A stretch of DNA of 64,000 nucleotides. It comes from an uncultured delta proteobacterium (lineage in GTDB: Bacteria > Desulfobacterota > WTBG01). Below the pieces are notes generated by a model. It was not told where the DNA came from and searched no databases. It saw nothing but the letters and a program-made list of their open reading frames with translations. The position numbers and the translations under genes were made by a program. The first letter of the stretch is position 1. Every line of letters begins with the position of its first letter. The DNA lies in assembly GCA_963752035.1 (NCBI GenBank), contig CAVVWZ010000065.1, positions 7,817-71,816 on the forward strand. Reading direction: 5' to 3'. Positions 20,775 through 31,585 of this stretch are shown piece by piece.

Positions 20775-21923
20775 ATGAACAGTACCGGTTATCCAGCAGA
20801 GAGAACTAACGGACTTCGTACTCTGTGGTTTCTAGTACTTTTGTTCTTGGTGATAAGTGTGATAACAGGGTGTAAAACATTCGGACCTCGCAATGTTCCA
20901 CAGGACCGCTTCAATTATAACCAGGCCCTTGCAGAATCGTCACGAGACCAAATGCTTCTGAACATTGTGCGGCTACGTTACCTGGAAGAACCTTTTTTTC
21001 TCACCATTAGCTCCATTCTAACTCAATATGTCTATGGCGCTAGGGGCGGCTTGGGAGGAGTGTTTGGTTTTGACGGGGAGTCCAATGGGGGAACGGCGGA
21101 TGTCAACCTCGCCTACGAGGAGCGTCCGACCATTACCTATCTTCCCATCGAGGGGAGAGAGTTTTCAGCCCACCTGCTTTCCTCCATCCCTGCGGAGTTA
21201 TTCTTCGCCGCTGCCCAAGAGGGCTGGTCGGTTGACATTCTCATGCAGATCGGCATGCAGCGAATCGGTGCTGTGGAAAATATGTCATTTGAAGCCATTC
21301 CTCCCTCCGGAGAAATTGAACGTCGTACTCACTTCCAACGTGACATACAAAAACTGAAGCGATTCAAAAGGACTGTGAGACTACTCACAATCCTTGCTGA
21401 TGCCGAAGTCTTCGAGGTTAGTCTTACAGAGAAAGATGGTTTTAATGTTCGGCATCTTGTGTTTGAACAAGAGATTCCAGAAAATATGCAGCCCCTGGTT
21501 ACAGAACTGAGACAACTCTTAGGATTGTCTAACCGTGACACCTTTCGCATAACCGATCGACTGACCAGGACAGCGGAGAATGAGATTTCCATTCAAACAC
21601 GCTCGGTGATGGCAATGATGTCATTTTTGTCAAGGGGTATCGAGGTACCCCCTGAACATCTTGCGGAAGGCAGGATAATCGACTATCAACTCCCGCAGAC
21701 TAATGATAATGAGGACGCGCACCTGATCCCCTTTAAAATGTACTGGAGCAAGGAGCGCCCGGAAAAATCATTTGCTGCAGTTCGTTATCAGGACTATTGG
21801 TTTTACATAGACAATACCGACATCACGAGCAAGCGAAGTCTCAGTCTCATGATTGCCATCTTCCGCCTACAAGCTCCCAGTGGAGGTGGTGCAGCTCCAA
21901 TTCTTTCCCTTCCAACCGGTTAG
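20775..21923 (+). CDS. hypothetical lipoprotein (lipobox ITGC)
   Basis: 382 aa; GGGAAAGGGG SD-like upstream; signal peptide plus Cys; no family recognised. Confidence 0.55.
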   Translation: MNSTGYPAERTNGLRTLWFLVLLFLVISVITGCKTFGPRNVPQDRFNYNQALAESSRDQMLLNIVRLRYLEEPFFLTISSILTQYVYGARGGLGGVFGFDGESNGGTADVNLAYEERPTITYLPIEGREFSAHLLSSIPAELFFAAAQEGWSVDILMQIGMQRIGAVENMSFEAIPPSGEIERRTHFQRDIQKLKRFKRTVRLLTILADAEVFEVSLTEKDGFNVRHLVFEQEIPENMQPLVTELRQLLGLSNRDTFRITDRLTRTAENEISIQTRSVMAMMSFLSRGIEVPPEHLAEGRIIDYQLPQTNDNEDAHLIPFKMYWSKERPEKSFAAVRYQDYWFYIDNTDITSKRSLSLMIAIFRLQAPSGGGAAPILSLPTG

Positions 21924-22402
21924 TTGCGAATGGAGTTGAATTACCCTAACCGAATGATATCCATTTCAGGAAATAACATATGAACGCTTTGGAACTCTAG
22001 ACTATAAAGCAGTATTTATACATCAAGGAAAACTTATTTTGACTGGAATGCATGATAAGAATGTTGCTCGATTAATATGGGTTAAGGAACTGCCTAAGTA
22101 ATATTGCTGAGTTATTATTCAAGAGAGTCGACTACCTTGATGGGTTTACATTTCTTAATTGCACTTTTTTTTATTTTCATGCTGTTTGCACGTCCCGAAC
22201 AACAGATAGGAACGCCAGTCACCGATAAAGTACCACTTATTGGAAATGGGAAAGCCGTTCATTGAATACAAGAGGGGAAAGGAACTATCTAAGCAATAAA
22301 GCCAACGCATATTGCCTCGATAAAAGAGACGCATAATAAGCTGCTTGGATTGATCAATTAAAGCTTGCAGCCGCCAAGGATTCAATTATTCGTACCTGGG
22401 AA

Positions 22403-22442
22403 AAACAACATGCGTACTCAAAACTGAGTGCGCATGTTGTTT
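22403..22442. promoter_or_regulatory. 19-bp near-perfect inverted repeat (AAACAACATGCGTACTCA / CTGAGTGCGCATGTTGTTT) about 45 nt upstream of DUF502 gene
   Basis: Seen directly; 17/19 complementary, 3-nt loop. Confidence 0.4.
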
Positions 22443-22485
22443 ACAGTTAAAATGATGAAGTCCAAAAAAGAGAGGATATCCTAAC

Positions 22486-22947
22486 ATGAAAAACCTAGTG
22501 GAATTTCTCAAAACTTCCCTAATTGGCGGCCTGTTCGTACTGCTGCCGCTGATGCTCTTTTACATGTTGCTGGCTGAGATGCTGGAATTGGTGGTGGCGC
22601 TGGCAACCCCCATCGCTGACCTTTTCCCAACAGGGACCTTTGATCAACTTAAAGCGCCTGTGTTGATTGCAGTGATATTGATAGTCGGGGCGTCTTTTAT
22701 CTTCGGGTTGGCTCTTCGTTCTACAGTTCTTCGACGCCTTGGCCATTGGGTAGAACGATCCTTGCTGGGACGCCTGCCGCTCTATGGTGCGGTGAAAAGT
22801 CTTACTATGGGTCTGGTGGGTGCTCAAGAGGACGCCTCTTTCCGGTCGGCTGTGCTCAATTCTCCGAATGGTGAACAGGAGATCGTATACGTGATTGAAG
22901 ACCACGGTGAGGGCCCGGGACCTGTTAGGGAAGAAAAACGTTGCTGA
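22486..22947 (+). CDS. DUF502-family membrane protein
   Basis: 153 aa; N-terminal LIGGLFVLLPLMLFYML pattern typical of DUF502. Confidence 0.55.
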   Translation: MKNLVEFLKTSLIGGLFVLLPLMLFYMLLAEMLELVVALATPIADLFPTGTFDQLKAPVLIAVILIVGASFIFGLALRSTVLRRLGHWVERSLLGRLPLYGAVKSLTMGLVGAQEDASFRSAVLNSPNGEQEIVYVIEDHGEGPGPVREEKRC

Positions 22948-23007
22948 CAGGCGCGGAGAGTAATCACTTATTGGGAAGTGGTTTGAACTCAAGATATTGA
23001 GGCACCT

Positions 23008-23075
23008 ATTTTGACCAAAAAACTTTACACTACTTGCAATTATCAGAGGTAATGCTCAGAGGACGTTTACTGGAA
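23008..23075 (+). repeat. about 55-bp direct repeat, copy 2
   Basis: AAAAAACTTTACACTACTTGCAATTATCAGAGGTAATGCTCAGAGGA; pairs with 20273-20330. Confidence 0.5.
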
Positions 23076-23204
23076 CATAGCTCTTGTATTGTAAATATTT
23101 TGGGTCTTCTGAAAGGTAGGTCTTATGGTAGGATGTTAAAATCTTTTGGGATGAGTTGGTTAACAAGATGTGGCATGTTCGGAATGGTATAGTTCTTCAA
23201 GAAG

Positions 23205-23804
23205 TTAATCGGTCAGCTTCCCGTTGGCATCGTAGTCTTTTTCGCTTACCAGTTCCCCTTTTTTATAGACGGAAACTGTTTTCCCCCCATCCGGATGATA
23301 GGCGGTTGTTGTACCATCCTGCTTGTCGTCCTTGAAGTTGGCTTCAAAGAGCAGTGCGCCATCCCTTGCATATTCCCTGTTGATGCCTTCCATCCTTCCA
23401 TCCTTAAAGGTAATCTCTTTCCGCAGCTCGCCCTCAGGATAGAATGTCCTGTTGAGACCGTCCTGCTTCCCGTTTTTAAAGTTAAATTCCCCCAGGAGAG
23501 CACCCTTTTTATTATAGAATTTGGCCACACCCTCTTTTTTACCGTCCTTATAGTAAACCTCTTCCCGTATTGCACCAACCCAATAAAACTCCTTGACCAG
23601 ACCATCGGGAATCTTTCCCACTGTCCTGATAACAGAACCGTCTTGATCCAGAAGTTCCTTGGCTACTTCTTTGCCTTCACTTAGATAGATTGCCTCCTGG
23701 GTTCCATCCGGGTTTTGAACCAGCTTGCGAACAACATCGGCATAAACAAAGGGGGAAACCAGCACTACCACGAGCACCAAAGAATAGATAAGTGTTTGTT
23801 TCAT
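23205..23804 (-). CDS. secreted MORN-variant/YwqK-family repeat protein
   Basis: AAGGAG 6 nt before the MKQTLIYSLV start at 23804; signal peptide; repeated G..G...FY.NG motifs. Confidence 0.6.
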   Translation of the reverse strand: MKQTLIYSLVLVVVLVSPFVYADVVRKLVQNPDGTQEAIYLSEGKEVAKELLDQDGSVIRTVGKIPDGLVKEFYWVGAIREEVYYKDGKKEGVAKFYNKKGALLGEFNFKNGKQDGLNRTFYPEGELRKEITFKDGRMEGINREYARDGALLFEANFKDDKQDGTTTAYHPDGGKTVSVYKKGELVSEKDYDANGKLTD

Positions 23805-23841
23805 AGTGTGCTCCTTGTTGGAGGTTTCTTGGTTCAGTCCT

Positions 23842-24474
23842 TCAGGACGATTTTTCCATGGCAAAAAAGGGAATATCCTGCATGACCTGCCGCATCAGGG
23901 CATTTAAAGATTTTTCCACCACGCGCTCTTCTGCCTCTCTTCGTGCGTTTTCACCACCCAAGAGATAGTAATAGTTAGTTCCCGTAATCCGGCTTCTGTA
24001 ATATTTAAATTCTCCGTCATACCGCACTGCTCTCAGCTGCATGCTCACATCGAAGTCGTCTCTAAATTGCAAGGCCGAGGAAAACAGAAAGAGTGTCACA
24101 ACGTTAACGGCACCCACTATCCAGTTTCTAGCTTCATTGACACGTATTTGCCCGGTTACCTGTAATTCCAGATTAACCGCCTTTTCTCTCATTTTCATGC
24201 CACCAGACTCCAGGGGGTAACTAACCTCCGAAAAAACATGTGTCCTCCTTACCTTCTGTATAACCAGATCAAGGAATGCAGGCTCTGGAGTTATTGTTTG
24301 ACCGTTCACTATCAGATTAGTGGACCTTACTATGGCTGGTATGAGAATGCCAATCTCTGATGGCAGAAAATCTTCCTCAGAACCGGGGGGTAGTCGATTG
24401 ATCTCTACCCGGTAGGCGGCACATCCACATAAAATACATACGATTAGCAGCAGGGCTGTAATCTTACCTTGCAT
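23842..24474 (-). CDS. hypothetical lipoprotein (lipobox LCGC)
   Basis: 210 aa; signal plus Cys; no family recognised (LptE-like size/architecture only). Confidence 0.5.
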   Translation of the reverse strand: MQGKITALLLIVCILCGCAAYRVEINRLPPGSEEDFLPSEIGILIPAIVRSTNLIVNGQTITPEPAFLDLVIQKVRRTHVFSEVSYPLESGGMKMREKAVNLELQVTGQIRVNEARNWIVGAVNVVTLFLFSSALQFRDDFDVSMQLRAVRYDGEFKYYRSRITGTNYYYLLGGENARREAEERVVEKSLNALMRQVMQDIPFFAMEKSS

Positions 24475-24531
24475 AACTATTCCTTTCTCTTAGTCTTACT
24501 TATCTCATGTAGACGGGAGGGTAGTAGAGCA

Positions 24532-24966
24532 CTACTTTATCCAAACGGTCCCAAAGTGTTCCTTGCCTTTTTTCCCCACAATAAACTTTTTTGAAGGTAT
24601 GGTTTTATAAGAATACCTTCCCTTCTCCGTAAAGCAAAGGCTTGCTGTGCCACCAGAAGGAATTTTGTTTGACTCATAGGTTCCGTCCTTACCCACCACA
24701 AAATTCACAGGAGAACCACATGCAAGCACAACCTGCTTTTCAAGAAAAACAACCTGTACGGGATATTTGGAATGGTTAATCCAGATTATGGTAGTTCCCA
24801 CTGTACCAAAAAGGGTGACCGGGTCCGGTTCTTCAAAGGTTTTTACAACTACTATCTTATTGGTAATGGTAAGATCGTCGGTCTTTTCATCCGCAACAAT
24901 ATCCTGTCCGGTTAAACGAAACAGAAAAAGACCTAGACATACCCCAATAATTACTGAACGCTTCAT
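24532..24966 (-). CDS. hypothetical secreted protein
   Basis: 144 aa, N-terminal signal peptide. Confidence 0.45.
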   Translation of the reverse strand: MKRSVIIGVCLGLFLFRLTGQDIVADEKTDDLTITNKIVVVKTFEEPDPVTLFGTVGTTIIWINHSKYPVQVVFLEKQVVLACGSPVNFVVGKDGTYESNKIPSGGTASLCFTEKGRYSYKTIPSKKFIVGKKGKEHFGTVWIK

Positions 24967-25081
24967 TATAAACTCCTTACTTGTGGAAAACTAACAAGAA
25001 AACGTCAAGCCAATTCAGAATAAAAAAACAAATGCAAAAAACTCAAAAGCACCATTCAATGTCCACAACTGCTTAGTTTTT

Positions 25082-25170
25082 GATTCGATGTTCGATGTTG
25101 GGCGTTCGATGTTCGACGTTCAATCTTTTTATTCTGACTTCTTACTTCTGTTTTCTGACTCCTGTTATTT
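25082..25170 (+). repeat. heptamer-array element: (TTCGATG)n-TTCAATCT-(TTCTGAC)n
   Basis: ttcgatg ttcgatg ttgggcg ttcgatg ttcgacg ttcaatc ... ttctgac ttcttac ttctgtt ttctgac tcctgtt. Confidence 0.6.
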
Positions 25171-25225
25171 GAGTTTAAAAGAACTCCCCTGTAGTGTCAA
25201 CCGCAAAAACACACAAATCGTCTCA

Positions 25226-26837
25226 TTAAAAGTCTGCCACAGCTATAGGAGTTGCGTTTTTCGCCTCTACGAGTTTTCCTGAAAATTGAATCTGGTGATT
25301 TTGCAACAGTGTTCCTAATACTTTTTCCAGGGAATTAAGTGAATTAATGTAATCGACGATTGCCCTTGTTTCGTTGACCTGTGCCAACTCGAGAAGTTCC
25401 TGGGCCCTCAGCACATCAATGCTGGTAGACATGCCGAGATCCATTCTCTCATCTTCTGCCTCCAGATTTTTTTCACTCATACGGCGTGCCTTCCGGGTTG
25501 CGCTAATCCGCTTCTGATTTGTTTCGATCTCTCTTACAGCTTCTATGATTTCAAGCTCAATTTTTCGTTCCAGGCTGGCAATTGATGTTTCTGTCTTTTC
25601 CAGTTCCAGTCTACTCTGCTGATAATTGTTCTTCGCCCAGCGGTTTCCCAAGGGTACCTCCATTTTAAACCCCACCAACCAGGAGTAATTACCCCCCCCC
25701 TCTTATTCCTTTTACACTGGAATCGTAATGACCTTTGGTTGCGTTAACACCGTAACTTGCCTGGACATCAAAGAGGGGAAGCATCGCATTCTTAGCTACT
25801 TTATTGGCTATTGTCACATTTTCGCAATGCATTTTCGCTTCCTTGTACTCGGGGCGGTTTTCCAGCGCTGTGGCAAGATAGTCCTTCACCTCCTGCTGAT
25901 GGAATTCTCGCAAAACAGGTTCGTCTTTAAGAATAATAACCTGCTCCGAAAATGGCAAATTGAGGGTCTCTTTTAATACATCCTCTAGATCCCTTGTGGC
26001 ACTTTCTGCCACAATGACATCTTCCTCCCGTGTGGCAATACCGGTCTCTGCCCGAAGTATTTCAACAGATGGAAGTTTTCCTACCTCTACCAGGGCACTG
26101 TTACGCTCCTTGAGGTCCCGGGCCAATTGGAGTGAATCTTTCTTGACCTCAAGCACCTGCTTAGACAGATAAAGGTTCCAGTATATCCCTTGCAGGGTAG
26201 TAATCATGGAAGCCGTCTTATCCATAAGCCTGGCTTGGGAAATTTCTCTATTGTTACTGGAGATAATAATCCTGGATTTATTGAGATCGATACCAAAATT
26301 GCGCAACAGCGGCTGGTTGAGTGAGAAAACAAGGTTGGTAAAGTAGGTAGGGCTGTCGTACTGCCAGATAGAATTGGTATCAAATTTATTGGTAGTAAAT
26401 TTTAACTGTCCCAAACCACCCGTAATTAATTTCTTGGAGAGACTCGCTTCATAGTCCATTGTCTTCTGATCATATGACTGATTTCTCCCCACACCATCCA
26501 AAAGGGTAGTAGGGGAAATGATAAATTTACTCTTTTGCAGGGAGAATCGTGCTACAGGATCAAACGCAGCTTTTTCTTTTGAAATTTCATTTTCCTGCAA
26601 GGTGGGATTATACCGTTCAACCTTCAGATCGAGATTATTTGAGAGCATGAGCTCAATGCACTGGCTCATAGAAAGTTCCACGTCCCCGCCTGAAGGTGCT
26701 TCATAACCATCAGCAGCCCCGGAACTGCCTGCAGCAAAGGCTATAATTAACATAAGCACAAGTAGTGCCAGCACATTACTCGTTCTGAAAAGAAGCATTC
26801 CTGACATCTTACCAATAACATTTCTGTAACCCATCAT
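25226..26837 (-). CDS. TolC-family outer-membrane efflux protein, split into two ORFs at a G9 homopolymer
   Basis: ORF 25689-26837 = signal plus first TolC repeat; ORF 25226-25678 = C-terminal repeat; removing one G at 25692-25700 fuses ...GIRGGG to NYSWLVGFKMEV. Confidence 0.75.
25692..25700 (-). repeat. homopolymeric tract (C9 on plus = G9 in coding strand) inside TolC-like gene
   Basis: Direct count in sequence ...taattaccccccccctctta... Confidence 0.85.
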
Positions 26838-26861
26838 GAATCCCCCCTTAGTAAAAATTCA

Positions 26862-27062
26862 ACTAACGAACGTCGAACGTCGAATTTGGAATGAATTAGA
26901 ATATCTGTCCCAATTCACTCCAACCCTCTCCCTAGGGGAGAGGGCAAAGGTGCAGGTATTTTCATGCGTTTTGTGCCCCGTAGGGGCTTGGTATTTGATG
27001 CCATATTTCGTTTTTGATTCGATGTTGGACGTTCTTCGCAATGTTGGACGTTCAATCTTTCA
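26862..27062. mobile_element. MITE-like element: inverted heptamer arrays (CGAACG... / ...TTCGATG) flanking internal palindrome CCCTCTCCC-TAGG-GGAGAGGG
   Basis: Left arm 26862-26885 is reverse complement of right arm 27008-27062; palindrome at 26924-26944. Confidence 0.5.
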
Positions 27063-27239
27063 ATTTTTTTCTGTGCCCTCTGTGGTTTCTTAGGCTCTTA
27101 AACAAAAATACCCCGGGCAGTTCCCCCTGGGCTCACACCATAAAACTTCACTACTGTAGAAAGGTCTTTTCTAGCCATTTCGTTAGATTTGTATCATTTG
27201 GAACGCTGGCTGTCAATTACTTTTACCGGTGCGGAAAAA

Positions 27240-27291
27240 GGGGTCAGGTCTACACTTTTGACAAAAATGTCAAAAGTGTAGGCCTGACCCC
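27240..27291. promoter_or_regulatory. 52-bp near-perfect palindrome (24-bp arms, AAAA loop) in the TolC-like/dacC divergent intergenic region
   Basis: GGGGTCAGGTCTACACTTTTGACA-AAAA-TGTCAAAAGTGTAGGCCTGACCCC, one mismatch. Confidence 0.6.
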
Positions 27292-27398
27292 AGAAAGGAG
27301 CATTTTTGCTTGACTAAACAAAATTGTACTATAAAATGACGAGTTCAATATGAGGTCCAATCATCAAAAAAGTCAATCCAGCAACACGGGGAGAAATA

Positions 27399-28640
27399 GT
27401 GAATACCATATATCGCAAAATAATTGTTGCTCTGGTGGGTATTATTTGGATTCAGAGTTTCCTCTGGGTACCCCAGGGAGAATCAGCTGACCCACCTTTG
27501 TTTAAAGTGGCTGCCACGTCTGCGGTTCTGCTCGATGCCAAGTCAGGACAGGTCATTTTTGAACAGAATGCTCAGCAAACCATTCCCCCGGCAAGCCTTG
27601 CAAAACTCATGACATTATACCTGGCATATGATGCCATCAAAACAGGTTCAGTTACATTAAACGATAATGTACTCATTAGTAAAAAGGCATGGGAAACTAA
27701 AGGTTCAAAGATGTTTATCGAAGTAGACAAACGGGTTCAATTTCAGAAACTTTTAGAAGGAATCGCATCCATTTCCGGAAATGATGCCTGTATTGCCGTG
27801 GCAGAACATATGGCAGGTATGGAAGAAGTGTTTGTTGTCAAAATGAACGAGAAAGTAAAGCTATTGGGGTTGACTCAAACACAATATGCAAATGTCAGCG
27901 GGCTACCGGCAGACAAGCAATACACTACAGCATCAGATATGGCAACCCTCTCTTACCACTATATTAAGGACCATCCTGAAGCCCTGCCCATTCATGGCAT
28001 TAAACAGTTTACCTTCAGTGGTATTACCCAGCCCAATAGAAACGGGTTACTCTGGTTAGATGAAGGGGTAGATGGTCTAAAGACAGGTTGGATCAGCGAT
28101 GAGGAAGGGTACCACTTAGTGGCTACGGCTAAAAAGGGAGATCAACGCCTCATTGCGGTGGTGATGGGTGCACGGAATCAAAGAACGAGAGAAAATGAAG
28201 CACTCAAACTGCTTACCTATGGTTTCAAAAACTTTTCTACCGTCACTGTTCTTAGCCAGGATGAACCGATAGCAACAATACCCGTATGGAAGGGCAGTGT
28301 CAACCAGATCTCTCTCACAGCGGCTGAACCTGGTGTGGTTACCGTTCCTGCAGGAGAGGATCAGGAACTCACCCTGCGTAAAACAATTCCTGATCGGCTT
28401 TCAGCACCGATCCCCGCAGGAGCAGAGGTAGGCACAGCAGAAATTCTCCTCAAGGGGAAAGTACTCAAGGTAATTCCCATCCTTGCCCAGGATGAAGTAC
28501 CATCAGGCACCCTTAGCAAGCGGTTATATCACCTGGTGCTCCTTTCTTTTATTACTCCCCCCTACTGGGGTTGGATAGTGCTGCTACTCTTGTTCCTGCT
28601 GGTGGTCCTTGCCGGTATGGCAATGCGCAAAAGCAACTGA
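27399..28640 (+). CDS. D-alanyl-D-alanine carboxypeptidase (PBP5/DacC family) with C-terminal membrane anchor
   Basis: SxxK (ASLAKLMT), SGND (ISGNDACIAV), KTG (LKTGWIS) motifs; signal peptide. Confidence 0.8.
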   Translation: MNTIYRKIIVALVGIIWIQSFLWVPQGESADPPLFKVAATSAVLLDAKSGQVIFEQNAQQTIPPASLAKLMTLYLAYDAIKTGSVTLNDNVLISKKAWETKGSKMFIEVDKRVQFQKLLEGIASISGNDACIAVAEHMAGMEEVFVVKMNEKVKLLGLTQTQYANVSGLPADKQYTTASDMATLSYHYIKDHPEALPIHGIKQFTFSGITQPNRNGLLWLDEGVDGLKTGWISDEEGYHLVATAKKGDQRLIAVVMGARNQRTRENEALKLLTYGFKNFSTVTVLSQDEPIATIPVWKGSVNQISLTAAEPGVVTVPAGEDQELTLRKTIPDRLSAPIPAGAEVGTAEILLKGKVLKVIPILAQDEVPSGTLSKRLYHLVLLSFITPPYWGWIVLLLLFLLVVLAGMAMRKSN

Positions 28641-28880
28641 ACAGAAGACAGAATGATGATGTGAGATCGAATATGAGATTCAACGTCGAACATCGACTTA
28701 ATCAAACATCTCAGGAAATCACATATCTCGAGCATGAATATTTAAGATGGAGATTTCTCAGATATATTTAGTTTTTCAGTATCACATATTCCAGTTCAAA
28801 ATTCGACGATTACATGTCTCCATTTCGTCGTTCCATTACTCCCGGTTTTCTTATCTGCGATCCGATTCAACTGCTGACTC
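28641..28880. mobile_element. MITE-like element of the same heptamer family (reverse-orientation left arm, degenerate right arm)
   Basis: cagaagacagaa...attcaacgtcgaacatcgact (28641-28700) vs ttcgacgattacatgtctccatttcgtcg...(28800-28880). Confidence 0.45.
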
Positions 28881-29008
28881 TCTGTTGCATCGTGCACCAT
28901 TCTTCTTCTTGACTTTTATGGTTAATGTAGTATAGTCGCCGCAATAAACAGAGGCTGTTGTGCATTCAACCAGTTGTTGTAACCAACCCGCATACTACCT
29001 GCTGTAAC

Positions 29009-29767
29009 ATGAGCACTGTTGCCGTTATACCGTCCCGCTATGCTTCATCCCGGCTGGAAGGAAAAGCCCTCGTTGACCTTGCGGGAAAACCCATGGTTCA
29101 AAGGGTCTATGAAGTTGCTTTACGCACTCACCTTGTTGACCGGGTAATCGTAGCAACTGATGACAAGCGCATCCTTGATGCGGTACAGGGATTTGGTGGT
29201 GAAGCCAAACTCACCTCTCCCCAGCACGTCAGTGGAACAGATCGTATTGCAGAGGTGGTTGATCATCTTTCCTGTGATGTAGTGGTCAACCTTCAGGGTG
29301 ATGAACCACTCATGGACCCACGACTGATTGATGACGTGGTAAAGCTCCTCCTGGATGATCAGGATGTCTCCATGGCATCGGCGCAATCACCCATAGAGAC
29401 CATTGAAGACTTGATGAACCCCAACATTGTTAAGGTTGTATCTGATCGCAATGGCTATGCCCTCTACTTCTCCCGCTCTCCTATTCCCTCCCGCTTTCGT
29501 AACCTTGAAGATGCTGGAGATTCATTCGGTTTCAAACATATCGGTCTCTACGTCTACCGGAAAGATTTTTTAAAAAAGGTGATTAGCCTGGGTCCGTCAC
29601 CACTGGAAAAACAGGAACGGCTCGAGCAACTGAGAGTGCTGGAAAACGGTTTTAGAATCAAGCTGGTCACTACAAAATTCGATTCAATTGGGGTGGATAC
29701 ACCGGAAGATCTTATCCTGGCCCGTAAAAGAATTGAGCAACTGGAAGGACAGAAAGACATCCGTTAA
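29009..29767 (+). CDS. kdsB: 3-deoxy-manno-octulosonate cytidylyltransferase (CMP-Kdo synthetase)
   Basis: MSTVAVIPSRYASSRLEGKAL... typical KdsB N-terminus; ORF open from 28958. Confidence 0.85.
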   Translation: MSTVAVIPSRYASSRLEGKALVDLAGKPMVQRVYEVALRTHLVDRVIVATDDKRILDAVQGFGGEAKLTSPQHVSGTDRIAEVVDHLSCDVVVNLQGDEPLMDPRLIDDVVKLLLDDQDVSMASAQSPIETIEDLMNPNIVKVVSDRNGYALYFSRSPIPSRFRNLEDAGDSFGFKHIGLYVYRKDFLKKVISLGPSPLEKQERLEQLRVLENGFRIKLVTTKFDSIGVDTPEDLILARKRIEQLEGQKDIR

Positions 29768-29776
29768 CTTTTGTGA

Positions 29777-31417
<1,641 letters not shown>

Positions 31418-31473
31418 TTCCCCTCAGGAAACTGTTTTAAAATAGGTAAAGTATTGTATTTATTAGGAAGCTT

Positions 31474-31502
31474 ATTGACATATTTGCATTAAGACGTTAT
31501 AA
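31474..31502 (+). promoter_or_regulatory. sigma-70-like promoter candidate for kdsA operon (TTGACA-17-TATAAC)
   Basis: TTGACA at 31474-31479, 17-nt spacer, TATAAC at 31497-31502. Confidence 0.4.
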
Positions 31503-31585
31503 CAAGGCTTTACGAAACTTACTGTTCCAGTTTAGGCTGGATTTCTCTCAATTGTTATAAGTCGAGCCAGTCAAAAGGATAGTCC

